NCBI GenBank assembly: GCA_963827235.1
Contig: CAWHAE010000009.1
Coordinates: 576,001 to 640,000 of the forward strand
DNA length: 64,000 nt
Direction: 5' to 3'
Origin: an uncultured bacterium
Lineage (GTDB): Bacteria > Chloroflexota > UBA5177 > JANWHV01
Part shown: positions 51,730 to 60,942 of the stretch, piece by piece
How the letters are laid out: the number at the start of each line of letters is the position of its first letter
Numbering within the stretch: the first letter of the stretch is position 1
Translations under genes and position numbers: made by a program
Notes under the pieces: generated by a model
What the model saw: the letters and a program-made list of their open reading frames with translations, nothing else
Told to the model about the DNA's origin: nothing
The model's database searches: none

Positions 51730-53646
51730 TCAGGATCCACCACTGAGTGTGAAGCTTGCGGGCACCGTCGTCAACGGTGCCGCCGGCGAGACCACCACAA
51801 CCACCTGCCGGGCACCGGCAGGGACGGCGAGTGTGCCGTGGCCATCGTTCCCTACCGCCATGCGCACGACGGTGGCAGCGCCGGCCGCGGAATAGACGAT
51901 GGCCTGCACGATCCAGTGCTCCGCTTCCGTGTTATCCGTGTGCAGCCAGCCGGCCGGCTGCCAGCCCGCGAGCGTGGAGTCACCGTCAAAGCCGATCTCG
52001 GGGACGCTGATGTGGGCAACGGCCATGCCCTGTCCGTTGTACTCGTCGTCCGTCACCTGCTCGAAGCGGACCAGCACGGTCTTCCCGGCGAATGGAGTGA
52101 GGTCCACCTGCTCCTGCAGCCAGCAATGCTGTGCCTGTGCCGCGTGTGGGCAGCTGGGTCCGGTGTAGCCATTGCCGAGGTTGGCCCCGTTGGGATTGGT
52201 GGCGGTGGTGTACTGCGTGCGCTGCGCGTACCATGTCTTCCCGCCGTCTGTCGACACCTCGACATATCCGTAGTCGTAATCCTGCTCGATGTCGTACCAC
52301 ACCTGGTAGTGCAGCGTAGCCCGGCGAGTCGACCGCAGGTCCAGCGGCGGCAGCGTGAGCGTCGTATCAACGCCGTCGCCCCGGTTGCTCCACCAGAATG
52401 CCGGCGGCGTCACGGTGTTGAGCAGCGAGACGGTGGGCGAGCCGCTAAAGCGCAGTGTCAAGGAGGATTGGCTTGACGGCTTGGCGGCTATGTAGGCGGC
52501 GGAGTACTGCGGCAGGGTCTGCGAGCGGGTGAACGGCGTCGTCGTGGTCATGTCGGCCTGGGCGCGTACGCCTGTATGGGTGTAGCCATACTTGCCGCCC
52601 GCGATCGTCGTGTCGTTGACGTAATTTGCCACGACCCAGTCCGCGAATACGTCGTCTGCCGTTACCTTGTACCCGAGCCTGGCCAGCACGTCGTCGAATA
52701 CCGCCATGTTGCTGTGCGTGCGGTCTGCCAGCTCAGCCCTGGTCAGCCGGGTTCCGCCGTAGTGCTCATACAGGTAGAGCATCCAGAGGTAGCCTCCCCC
52801 GTAGTACTGGCTGTTGTCCACGGGGGCCCAGGCATCGAGCTGCGCGTTTGGAGAGCCAGCTTTGGCGCCGGCATAGCCTTCGTCGCTGTAGCCGTTCAGC
52901 TCTTGCGCGAGTACCGAGTCTCCCTCGTTGATCCAGGCTTCGTCGGCCGGGTGCAGATTGAAGTGGATCATGTGCTGGAACTCGTGGGCGAGCACGCTGT
53001 CATACGCCGCCGCCCCCGGTGTCAGCGAGGAGAGGCTCATGTAGATCATCTTCCGCTGATTGCTGAACTTGTTCACCACGCGTGGATAGAGATCCTCGCC
53101 GGAAAAATAGCCTTCTACCCTGGGCGGTAGGTGCCCGTTGAAGATAGTGATGTGCTGATCGTCGTCCACGCCGGGAGTCCATTCGGGGCCAAAGATGGCG
53201 CGGTCCGTGGGATAGGTAGTGCGCTCGAACGTCGCGGCCGACCTGGCAAGCGCTGGTAGGTTGACCTTGAACCCCTGCTGGACATAGTAGTAGGCGTGCG
53301 CGGTCTCCAGCACCAGCTTGGCCCGCGCGGTCACGAAGCCGTTCTCCGCGTCATTGGAGAGGTAGAAGATAGCAGCCGTGCCCACCGCGTAGTCCGTAGG
53401 GCTATGGCTCACATAGGGGTCGATAGGGGTCGTCGTATGCAGCTTCAGGCTTTCGGTGAGTGCGTAGAGGTCGCGTGCCGGTCTGAGCGTGGTGGTGAGC
53501 AGGCTGTCAAGCGCTTGAGGGCTCGGAGCTACGAAGATGGCCCGCCCGGCCGTTGCTGCGGTTCCCGGCAGGGAGCCCGCGGCAAGCAGCGTTGCAGCGA
53601 CGGCGATGCGGATAGTAACGCGATAAGCCCAGTTCGTCTGTTCCAC
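51730..53646 (-). CDS. Secreted zinc metallopeptidase (M30-like core with immune inhibitor A-type C-terminal domain)
   Basis: Signal peptide; LAHEFQHMIH, WINEG; YDIEQDYDYGYVEVSTDGGKTW. Confidence 0.85.
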   Translation of the reverse strand: MEQTNWAYRVTIRIAVAATLLAAGSLPGTAATAGRAIFVAPSPQALDSLLTTTLRPARDLYALTESLKLHTTTPIDPYVSHSPTDYAVGTAAIFYLSNDAENGFVTARAKLVLETAHAYYYVQQGFKVNLPALARSAATFERTTYPTDRAIFGPEWTPGVDDDQHITIFNGHLPPRVEGYFSGEDLYPRVVNKFSNQRKMIYMSLSSLTPGAAAYDSVLAHEFQHMIHFNLHPADEAWINEGDSVLAQELNGYSDEGYAGAKAGSPNAQLDAWAPVDNSQYYGGGYLWMLYLYEHYGGTRLTRAELADRTHSNMAVFDDVLARLGYKVTADDVFADWVVANYVNDTTIAGGKYGYTHTGVRAQADMTTTTPFTRSQTLPQYSAAYIAAKPSSQSSLTLRFSGSPTVSLLNTVTPPAFWWSNRGDGVDTTLTLPPLDLRSTRRATLHYQVWYDIEQDYDYGYVEVSTDGGKTWYAQRTQYTTATNPNGANLGNGYTGPSCPHAAQAQHCWLQEQVDLTPFAGKTVLVRFEQVTDDEYNGQGMAVAHISVPEIGFDGDSTLAGWQPAGWLHTDNTEAEHWIVQAIVYSAAGAATVVRMAVGNDGHGTLAVPAGARQVVVVVSPAAPLTTVPASFTLSGGS

Positions 53647-53887
53647 TCCTTCGAGCCCGCCCGCTATGCAGTCCGGGCGAGTGGTGCGCGATGCGTGTCG
53701 ATGGCCAATGGTACCAGGTACCGGCCAAACCCTTCCGATGGACAGCGCTCCGGCGGCCCGGGCCGCGGCCGGCTCACCGCAGACGTACCCCAGGTATCAT
53801 GAGGGGGTGGCAACGCCTGGGCCGCTTCTGCCTGTGCGAGGACCACCCGGCGGCCAACATGGCTCGCCAATATCAAAGGGAGCGGAG

Positions 53888-55225
53888 ATGATAAACCCCT
53901 CGATTTTCAAGGCCTATGACGTTCGTGGCGTTTATCCCGAGGAGCTGAGCGGTGAGGACGCGCATGCCATAGGCGCTGCTACCGTTGCATACCTCGGCGC
54001 TACCCGTGTTGCCGTCGCCCGTGACATGCGCCAGTCGGGTCCGGAGCTCGCCGCGGAGCTAATCCACGGCATGGTGGAGCAAGGGGCCGAGGTGACCGAT
54101 CTCGAGCTGTGCAGCACCGATGAGCTCTATTTTGCCGTCGGCAAGTTCGGCTACCAGGCAGGCGTCATGGTCTCTGCCTCGCACAATCCTGCCAAGTACA
54201 ACGGCTTCAAGTTCTGCCGCGAAAACGCCATCTCCATCAGCTCGGAGACCGGTCTCAATGCCATCCGCGACCTGGTGCTGAAGGGGCCGCTCGCCCCAAA
54301 GGCGGCACAGGGGTCAGTGCACACGCGCGACGTCCTGGCAGACTTTGCCCGGCACGTCCTGGGCTTCATCGACCGCTCAGCCGTGCGGCCGCTTCGCCTC
54401 TGTATCGACGCCGGCAACGGTATGGGTGGCCTGATCGTGCCCGAAGTGTTCAGATACCTGCCCTGCGAGGTGACGCCGCTCTTCTTCGACCTGGACGGGA
54501 GCTTCCCCAACCACCAGGCAAGCCCGATCGAGCCGGAAAACATGGTCGACGTGCAGCGCGCGGTACGCGAGACGCATGCCGATATGGGCGTGGCTTTCGA
54601 CGGCGATGCCGACCGCATGTTCATCACCGACGAGCGCGGCGACCTCGTGGGCGGGGACATGGTCACCGGCTTGGTGGCGAAAGCCCTGCTGGCCCGGAAC
54701 CCGGGCGCTACCATTCTCTACAACCTGATCTGCTCGCGCAGTGTGCCGGAGGTGATTGCCGCGGCCGGTGGAAAGGCGATCAGGACCCGTGTCGGGCACT
54801 CGTTCATCAAGGCGCAGATGCGCGAGACCGATGCCATCTTCGGCGGAGAGCATTCCGGCCACTTCTACTTCAGGGACAACTGGTTCGCCGATTCCGGCAT
54901 GATCGCCCTGCTCACCGTGCTGGAGCTGGTCTCGCGTGAGAACAAGCCGGTGAGCGAGCTGGTGCGCGGCATCAGCACGCGCGTGCGCAGCGGCGAAATT
55001 AACTCTCACGTCCAGGACGTGCAGGAGCGGATGAAGACCGTGGCCGGGCACTTCTCCGGTGGGGAGCAGGATTGGCTCGACGGGCTGACCGTGCAGTATA
55101 AGGACTGGTGGTTCAACGTCCGCCCATCGAATACGGAGCCTCTCCTGCGTCTCAACGTGGAAGGCGACACGCGGGAGCTGATGGAGAAGGGTCGGGACGA
55201 GGCGCTGGCGGTCATCAGGGGATGA
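53888..55225 (+). CDS. Phosphomannomutase/phosphoglucomutase
   Basis: IFKAYDVRG, SASHNP, FDGDADR, GGEHSGH, VRPSNTEP. Confidence 0.95.
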   Translation: MINPSIFKAYDVRGVYPEELSGEDAHAIGAATVAYLGATRVAVARDMRQSGPELAAELIHGMVEQGAEVTDLELCSTDELYFAVGKFGYQAGVMVSASHNPAKYNGFKFCRENAISISSETGLNAIRDLVLKGPLAPKAAQGSVHTRDVLADFARHVLGFIDRSAVRPLRLCIDAGNGMGGLIVPEVFRYLPCEVTPLFFDLDGSFPNHQASPIEPENMVDVQRAVRETHADMGVAFDGDADRMFITDERGDLVGGDMVTGLVAKALLARNPGATILYNLICSRSVPEVIAAAGGKAIRTRVGHSFIKAQMRETDAIFGGEHSGHFYFRDNWFADSGMIALLTVLELVSRENKPVSELVRGISTRVRSGEINSHVQDVQERMKTVAGHFSGGEQDWLDGLTVQYKDWWFNVRPSNTEPLLRLNVEGDTRELMEKGRDEALAVIRG

Positions 55226-56403
55226 GCGAGCAGCAGGGAGCATACCGGGTGACGGTCATCGTGCTTGACGGCGTGGGCTGCGGAGAGGCGCCGGATGCCG
55301 CGGCCTACGGCGACGTGGGCGCGAACTCCATTGCCAACGCGGCGCGAGCCGTGGGCGGCATGCGCCTGCCGAACCTCGGCCGTCTGGGTCTCGGGCATCT
55401 GACCGATATTCTCGGCGTGCCTGCCGATCCGGCGCCGATCGGCGCCTATGGCCGACTGCAGGAAGCCTCGGCCGGCAAGGACACGGTTACCGGTCACTGG
55501 GAAATGATGGGCGTGATCAGCGAGAAGCCGCAGCCCACCTATCCGCGCGGATTCCCGCCGGAGGTCATAGCCACGTTCGAGCGCATCGCGGGACGCGGCT
55601 TGCTGGGCAACAAGACGGCGTCGGGCACGGAGATCATCAAGGAGCTGGGCGACGAGCACGTGCGCACCGGAAAGCCGATCGTCTACACCTCGGCCGACAG
55701 CGTGTTGCAGATCGCCGTCCACGAGAGCGTCATGCCCTTGCCCGAGCTGTATCGCGTGTGCGCCGAGATGCGCGCGGCTCTGACCGGCCGGCACGCGGTG
55801 GGCAGGGTCATTGCGCGGCCGTTCGTGGGAAGCAGCGGCGCCTACACGCGCGATAACGAGGGACGGCACGACTGGGCGTTGCAGGCGCCCGGCGACACCG
55901 CGCTCGACTTGATTGTGCAGGCCGGCCTGCCGGTGCGCGGCGTCGGCAAGATTCAGGATATCTTCGCGGGCCGGGGTATCACGTCCAACCAGCACGCGCT
56001 GAACAACGCGGGAGCCACCGCGGAGACGCTGGCCCTCCTGCGGCAACCCGAGCGCGGCATGATCTTCACCAATCTAATCGAGTTCGACATGGTGTACGGC
56101 CATCGCAAGAATTCCCAGGGGTATGCGGACGCCCTGGCGGCCTTCGACGCCGCGCTGCCCGAGATTCTGGCGCTACTGGGGCCGCGCGATGCCCTGTTCA
56201 TCACCGGCGATCACGGCGTCGATCCGACCACGCCGGGCACCGATCACACGCGCGAGTTCGTGCCTCTGCTGGCCTACGGCTACCGGTTGCCGACCGGGAC
56301 GAGCATCGGCACCCGCGAGACGTTCGCCGACCTCGGGGCGACCATCGTCGATCTCTTCGACCTGTCGCCCTTACACACCGGCACCAGCTTCGCCGCACCC
56401 TGA
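55222..56403 (+). CDS. deoB: Phosphopentomutase
   Basis: VLDGVGCG..PDA, GKDTVTGHWE, YTSADSV, GRVIARPF, DHG.DPT..GTDHTRE. Confidence 0.95.
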   Translation: MSEQQGAYRVTVIVLDGVGCGEAPDAAAYGDVGANSIANAARAVGGMRLPNLGRLGLGHLTDILGVPADPAPIGAYGRLQEASAGKDTVTGHWEMMGVISEKPQPTYPRGFPPEVIATFERIAGRGLLGNKTASGTEIIKELGDEHVRTGKPIVYTSADSVLQIAVHESVMPLPELYRVCAEMRAALTGRHAVGRVIARPFVGSSGAYTRDNEGRHDWALQAPGDTALDLIVQAGLPVRGVGKIQDIFAGRGITSNQHALNNAGATAETLALLRQPERGMIFTNLIEFDMVYGHRKNSQGYADALAAFDAALPEILALLGPRDALFITGDHGVDPTTPGTDHTREFVPLLAYGYRLPTGTSIGTRETFADLGATIVDLFDLSPLHTGTSFAAP

Positions 56404-56424
56404 GAAGGCAGACTCGACGTCTCG

Positions 56425-56898
56425 CTACGGCCGGCCCGGAGCCCGGGCCAGCCACTGCTCGATGGAGTGGCGATGCTCGGCGAAGTGGTCCCAGGTGTCG
56501 GCGGCGATGTCCTCCGTGTGGGCGAGCAGAAACTCCTCGGCATAGCCCGCCAGGGTCTCCTGCACGTGCCTGTTCGCGGCGAGGAATGCCGCGCGAGCCT
56601 CGGCAGCCTGCTGATCGCGATGCGCGCTGTACACCTCGTCGTTGATGCGCGCGATCGTCTCCTCGTGATCCTCGTCGGGAAGCCCAAACGGCGGCTGCTG
56701 ATTGTCCAGCTTCTTCAGCATGCGCAGCTGCCACCAGGTGAGGTGCGCGAGAATGTCCTTAACGGACCACTGGCCGGTCACGCCGGGCTCCTCAAGGCGT
56801 GTGTCGGTCAGGCCGGCGACCAGCGCCTCGAACGCGCTCGCCTCGGAGCGGACCATCTGCAGAATGTGGGACTTGCTTGCCGGCGGCTGCATGATCAT
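56425..56898 (-). CDS. DinB/ClbS-DfsB family four-helix bundle protein
   Basis: WSVKDILAHL..W and HFAEH motifs. Confidence 0.82.
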   Translation of the reverse strand: MIMQPPASKSHILQMVRSEASAFEALVAGLTDTRLEEPGVTGQWSVKDILAHLTWWQLRMLKKLDNQQPPFGLPDEDHEETIARINDEVYSAHRDQQAAEARAAFLAANRHVQETLAGYAEEFLLAHTEDIAADTWDHFAEHRHSIEQWLARAPGRP

Positions 56899-56944
56899 CT
56901 CCCTTTGGGATCTACCAACGCGCGGTACCGTGAGCGTTCGCGCG

Positions 56945-57604
56945 TCATAGAGCGAGCGTGACGAGATAGCGGTGCGGCCAGAAGATGCCGGAGGGCAGCG
57001 AGTCCACGGGCACGACGCTGCCGAACTCCGGGGACGCCGGATCGAGATCGAGGCGCTCGATCTGCCTGACGATGCCGGCGACGGGGTAGTTGGGAGCATG
57101 CTCATCCAGCAACGAGAAGCTGCTCACGCCGCCGGATTCAAACGCCGCTTCCTGGAGATCCAGCATGCCGCTGATCATGTCGGCCACGCGCGGGCCGCGC
57201 GCCATTCGCCAGGCCTCCCCGCCGCCCGGTACGGTGGCTGGGGCGACGTCGACATGATCCCATCGCCGGACGGTGATCACGAGGCAGATCGGCACGCCGC
57301 ACTCAATGCGCATGATCGCCTGGTCCCGGCGCTCGGGCCCGCTGCCGCGATGCACGTGCAGCTCCCCGACCATGCCGCAGACGGCAGTGGAAAGCGGCAT
57401 GGCGCGCCGCAGCGCGACCGGCGCCTGCGGCGTGGCCAGCGCAAGGTCCGGCAGCAGCAAACGCCCACCCTGCTGGGCCGCGCTGTGATCGGCGAAGGCA
57501 TAGAGCTGCGCCCGGGCAGTCGCGCCAACCGCGAGCGGCCAGGGGCCGATCTCCTCAAAGTAGCGATCCGACAGCTCGAAGCAAACATCCACTGCTTTGC
57601 ACAT
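56945..57604 (-). CDS. Hypothetical protein
   Basis: Fills the gap co-directionally with the DinB-like gene; AAGG before ATG; no recognised motif. Confidence 0.45.
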   Translation of the reverse strand: MCKAVDVCFELSDRYFEEIGPWPLAVGATARAQLYAFADHSAAQQGGRLLLPDLALATPQAPVALRRAMPLSTAVCGMVGELHVHRGSGPERRDQAIMRIECGVPICLVITVRRWDHVDVAPATVPGGGEAWRMARGPRVADMISGMLDLQEAAFESGGVSSFSLLDEHAPNYPVAGIVRQIERLDLDPASPEFGSVVPVDSLPSGIFWPHRYLVTLAL

Positions 57605-57723
57605 CCTTGCTGCGCGTGAGCCGTGCGGCTCGCACGGACGACGTTGTCAGCATACTGCATCGCTCGGCTGGAGGCAGCCGAGGTGGACAGGAGCAGGCGC
57701 GCGATCGCGCGATCGCAACGTTC

Positions 57724-57752
57724 TTGACATCAGGAAGTGGATTTGTTAGGCT
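57724..57752 (+). promoter_or_regulatory. Sigma70-type promoter of the APC permease
   Basis: TTGACA-N17-TAGGCT with an extended -10 TG. Confidence 0.7.
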
Positions 57753-57823
57753 CGTTCCGTCCGAGCTCCACTGTTGCAGTGCGCGCTTGGCCATGTTCAG
57801 GTAGCCGGAGCTACTTGGCGCAC

Positions 57824-57858
57824 GTGCCGCTCACGCCCTGTGAGTGGCGCTTTCATTT
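57824..57858 (+). terminator. Intrinsic terminator-like hairpin in the permease leader
   Basis: GTGCCGCTCAC-GCCCT-GTGAGTGGCGC followed by TTTCATTT. Confidence 0.6.
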
Positions 57859-58031
57859 CCACCCATACCGTGCCGTGCGCGCAGCCCCGGCTCAGCGAGA
57901 GGAGTCTTGTCCGTGCGTAGCAGTCCCGTCACCACCTCGTGCGCGACTACAATCCGCCCGTCTTTGTCGATGTTCGACGTCTCCAACACGTTCTCGAGGC
58001 TGGCGTCGTCTGGTGCTGTCTGGAGGTTCAC

Positions 58032-59534
58032 ATGACGGATGACCAATTCATCGGCGCAGCGCCCGAGCCGAAGCGCCCGGTCACGCTGCGAAAGGGTGCA
58101 ATCGGTCTTTGGGACTCAACGATCATTGCCATCTCCAGCACCGCTCCAGCGTACAGCCTCGCCGCCAGCATGGCCGCGATGGTCCTGGCAGTCGGATTCA
58201 CCTCTCCCCTCGTCGTCGCTCTTGCCTTTGTGCCCGTCATGGGCATTGCCATAGCCTTCGCCTATCTGAACCGCGTCAACCCCAACTGCGGCACGAGCTT
58301 TAGCTGGGTTACCGACGCTCTTGGGCCCGACATCGGCTTCATGGCCGGTTGGGCATCGCTTGCCGCGTGCGTCGTGTTCATGGTGTCCGCCTCGTCGCTG
58401 GCGGGCACGTATTCGCTCAACCTGCTTGGCCAGATGGGTTTCGTTTCCACCAGCCTGTCAAACGACCAGACCGCGGTCGTGCTTGCTGGCTCACTCTGGT
58501 TTGCCTTCGTCACCTTCATGGTGGTCTACGGCATTGCCGCGGCCGCTCGCTTCCAGCGTGTCCTGCTGGCCATCGAGTACATCATCGTCTCCGCGTTCTC
58601 GTGTTACGCATTGGTGCGAGCCTATGGACTCAATCCCGTGCATGGGTCGCGCCGGATCTCGCTCACCTGGTTTTTCCCGAGCCATGTTGGGGGCGCTTCC
58701 GCATTCATCGGCGGTGCCCTGGTTGCCGTGTTCTTCTATTGGGGATGGGACACGGCCGCCAACGTCAACGAGGAGACCGAGAACGCGGCGGAGAACCCGG
58801 GCAGGGCGGGGATATTCAGCATGTTCGCGTTACTGCTGATCTTTCTGCTCGGCGTGACCGCTCTGCAAGTGACGCTCAGCCAGGGTACGATCACGAACAA
58901 TGCCGACGACTCGCTGGCAATCTTCGCCAAGACGATAGTTCCCAAGCCCTGGAACTACCTGATGACGCTGGCGATACTTTCCAGCACCGTGGCGACCCTG
59001 CAGACCACGCTGTTGCCATCCGCCCGCGTCGCCTTGTCGATGGCGCGCGAGCGTGTGCTGCCCCGGGTGCTCGCTACGATCAGTCCGCGGTTTCGTACTC
59101 CCTGGATTGCCACGCTGCTTCTTGCCGGTCTATCGTTCGCCGGGCTTGCCGTGGGCGGACAAGCATCCAGCGTCAACACGTTCCTGACCAATAGCGTCGA
59201 TCAGGTCGGCGTGCTCATTTCGGTGTACTACGGCCTGACGGGTATCGCCTGCACCGTGTATTTTCGCGGCGTGTTGCTGAGGAGCGTGCGCACGTTCCTG
59301 CTGGCCGGCGTCATGTCCGCTGGCGGCGGGATCTTCATGCTGTTCATGGGCGGGTACAGCATGTGGGACACGATCAGCCAGGATGGCTGGGGTACCGAAG
59401 CTCCGGTCCTGGTTTCGCTCGCCCTTGGCCTTCCCTTCCTGTTGCTGGCAAGACGACTCAACCCGGCGTACTTTCGCCGGCGGCGAGCAGGCGACCAGGC
59501 AGGAGCCGACACCGCGTTTACCGCCGTGGCTTGA
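58032..59534 (+). CDS. APC-family amino acid/amine permease
   Basis: GGAGG RBS; STAPAYS, YWGWDTAANVNEET, SPRFRTPW; about 12 TM segments. Confidence 0.93.
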   Translation: MTDDQFIGAAPEPKRPVTLRKGAIGLWDSTIIAISSTAPAYSLAASMAAMVLAVGFTSPLVVALAFVPVMGIAIAFAYLNRVNPNCGTSFSWVTDALGPDIGFMAGWASLAACVVFMVSASSLAGTYSLNLLGQMGFVSTSLSNDQTAVVLAGSLWFAFVTFMVVYGIAAAARFQRVLLAIEYIIVSAFSCYALVRAYGLNPVHGSRRISLTWFFPSHVGGASAFIGGALVAVFFYWGWDTAANVNEETENAAENPGRAGIFSMFALLLIFLLGVTALQVTLSQGTITNNADDSLAIFAKTIVPKPWNYLMTLAILSSTVATLQTTLLPSARVALSMARERVLPRVLATISPRFRTPWIATLLLAGLSFAGLAVGGQASSVNTFLTNSVDQVGVLISVYYGLTGIACTVYFRGVLLRSVRTFLLAGVMSAGGGIFMLFMGGYSMWDTISQDGWGTEAPVLVSLALGLPFLLLARRLNPAYFRRRRAGDQAGADTAFTAVA

Positions 59535-59555
59535 CTACCCGCCGTGTAGAGAAGG

Positions 59556-59930
59556 TTAGGTTGAACTGGGCGGCGTCGACGTCTCGTTTGCTTCAGGCTC
59601 TGCAGCAAGCGTGACACCGCGCTGCCTGCCGATCTTCAGCACGCTCGCCGCGCCGCCTATGCTCAGGATGCTGCCCGAGCCGCCAATACTCAGGATGCTG
59701 CCGGCACTGCCGATGGAAAGCACGCTGCCGGCGCTGCCGATGCTGAGCAGGCTGCCGGCACTGCCGATGGAGAGCATGCTGCCGACGCTCAGCAAGCTGT
59801 CGACGCTGAGAAAGCTGAGCAAGCTGCCAAAGCTGGCAATGCAGAGCAGGCTCCGGTGCGAGGCGAGGCTGCGATGCCGGCGCCGCTCGTCCGTAGTGCT
59901 CTGGGCGGTAGACGTTTGCGCCTGGTCCAT
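59556..59930 (-). CDS. Small protein with 9-residue 'SAGSxLSIG' tandem repeats
   Basis: AGGAG RBS before ATG at 59930; 27-bp imperfect DNA repeats at ~59630-59860. Confidence 0.7.
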   Translation of the reverse strand: MDQAQTSTAQSTTDERRRHRSLASHRSLLCIASFGSLLSFLSVDSLLSVGSMLSIGSAGSLLSIGSAGSVLSIGSAGSILSIGGSGSILSIGGAASVLKIGRQRGVTLAAEPEANETSTPPSST

Positions 59931-60062
59931 GACAACTCCTCTCTGAATTGCGGAAGAACATGACCATTCGCAGCGAGCGCCGCCGGCCCCGGCGTCGCCG
60001 CGCTGCCCGTAGACGGCTCCGATGAAGGTTTGCGTCGCAGCCACGCCTGCGGTTCGGCAGCG

Positions 60063-60728
60063 CTACCTGCTCTTGCGCCGCACCTCGTAGGCGCACACGT
60101 GCCCGGCCGTGATCTGGTGTGCTACGCGTGTGACGTTCGCGTCGGGGAGCGCCTCCTGGAGAAAGGCCAGCTCGCTGGCGCACGCATGGCTATAGCGATG
60201 CGCCACGCTCAATACGGTGCAATTGTGCTCGATGATCATGAACTCGTCGTCCGTGACCCGGCAGAACTCCGCCAGGTAGCCGTCGTCGTCGAGCATCTGA
60301 GCAACGGCGCGCACTCGGGCATCGAAGGGCAGGCCCGCCGTGTACGTCTGGGCTTGCCGTAAGCGTCGCTGTCCTCGCCGGTCGAAGATCCTGCTTACAA
60401 GGGCGGGATCCTCGTCTCCGACGTACTGGAGCAGCTCGTTGGTCAGATCCGCGTAGTTGCGCGGAAACAGGGCGTCGCCGGCCGTGGTCAGACTGTAGAG
60501 ATGTTTGGGACGCCCGGGACCGTCGCGCACCTCGCGATGTACGATCAGTCCGTCGCGCTCCAGGGCCATCAGATGCTGGCGCGCGCCGCTGACCGTGATG
60601 TCGGCAGCCGCGGCGATTGTCTCCGCACGGGCCTCGCCCTCGCGCTTGAGATGGTTCAGAATAGCCCGCCGCGTTTCAGGAAGGCTTGAAAGTCCAAAGC
60701 GAGCTAATGCGCTCATCAAACACCCCAT
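60063..60728 (-). CDS. HTH metalloregulator, SufR-like (COG2345)
   Basis: TRRAIL..LK, ARQHLMALERDGLI, GRPKHLYSLT..G..LFP; C-terminal Cys triad HNC...AC..E...C. Confidence 0.88.
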   Translation of the reverse strand: MGCLMSALARFGLSSLPETRRAILNHLKREGEARAETIAAAADITVSGARQHLMALERDGLIVHREVRDGPGRPKHLYSLTTAGDALFPRNYADLTNELLQYVGDEDPALVSRIFDRRGQRRLRQAQTYTAGLPFDARVRAVAQMLDDDGYLAEFCRVTDDEFMIIEHNCTVLSVAHRYSHACASELAFLQEALPDANVTRVAHQITAGHVCAYEVRRKSR

Positions 60729-60942
60729 TTACATCACGCGGCTCGCCAGCGCACACCGGTGTCCGCGCATATGGAAGTCAGCTTACCGGTTCCCCTTCTC
60801 CCGTTGCGGTGCCGCCAGCCCCGCGAATACAGAGTACACCATTGATCGGCCGCTTGTTTCTAGCACTTTTGTCACATTCATAAGACCATACTGGTACAAC
60901 TGTAGTCTATCCAAGCCGCCTTGTCGAAGTTATGCGGCGCGC

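Noticed and set aside
57831-58046. 71-aa minus-strand ORF
   Set aside because: Antisense to the permease leader and start, with no recognisable motif; cannot be supported.
59630-59860. CRISPR or non-coding tandem repeat
   Set aside because: The 27-bp period is in frame and encodes a 9-residue protein repeat; no unique spacers.
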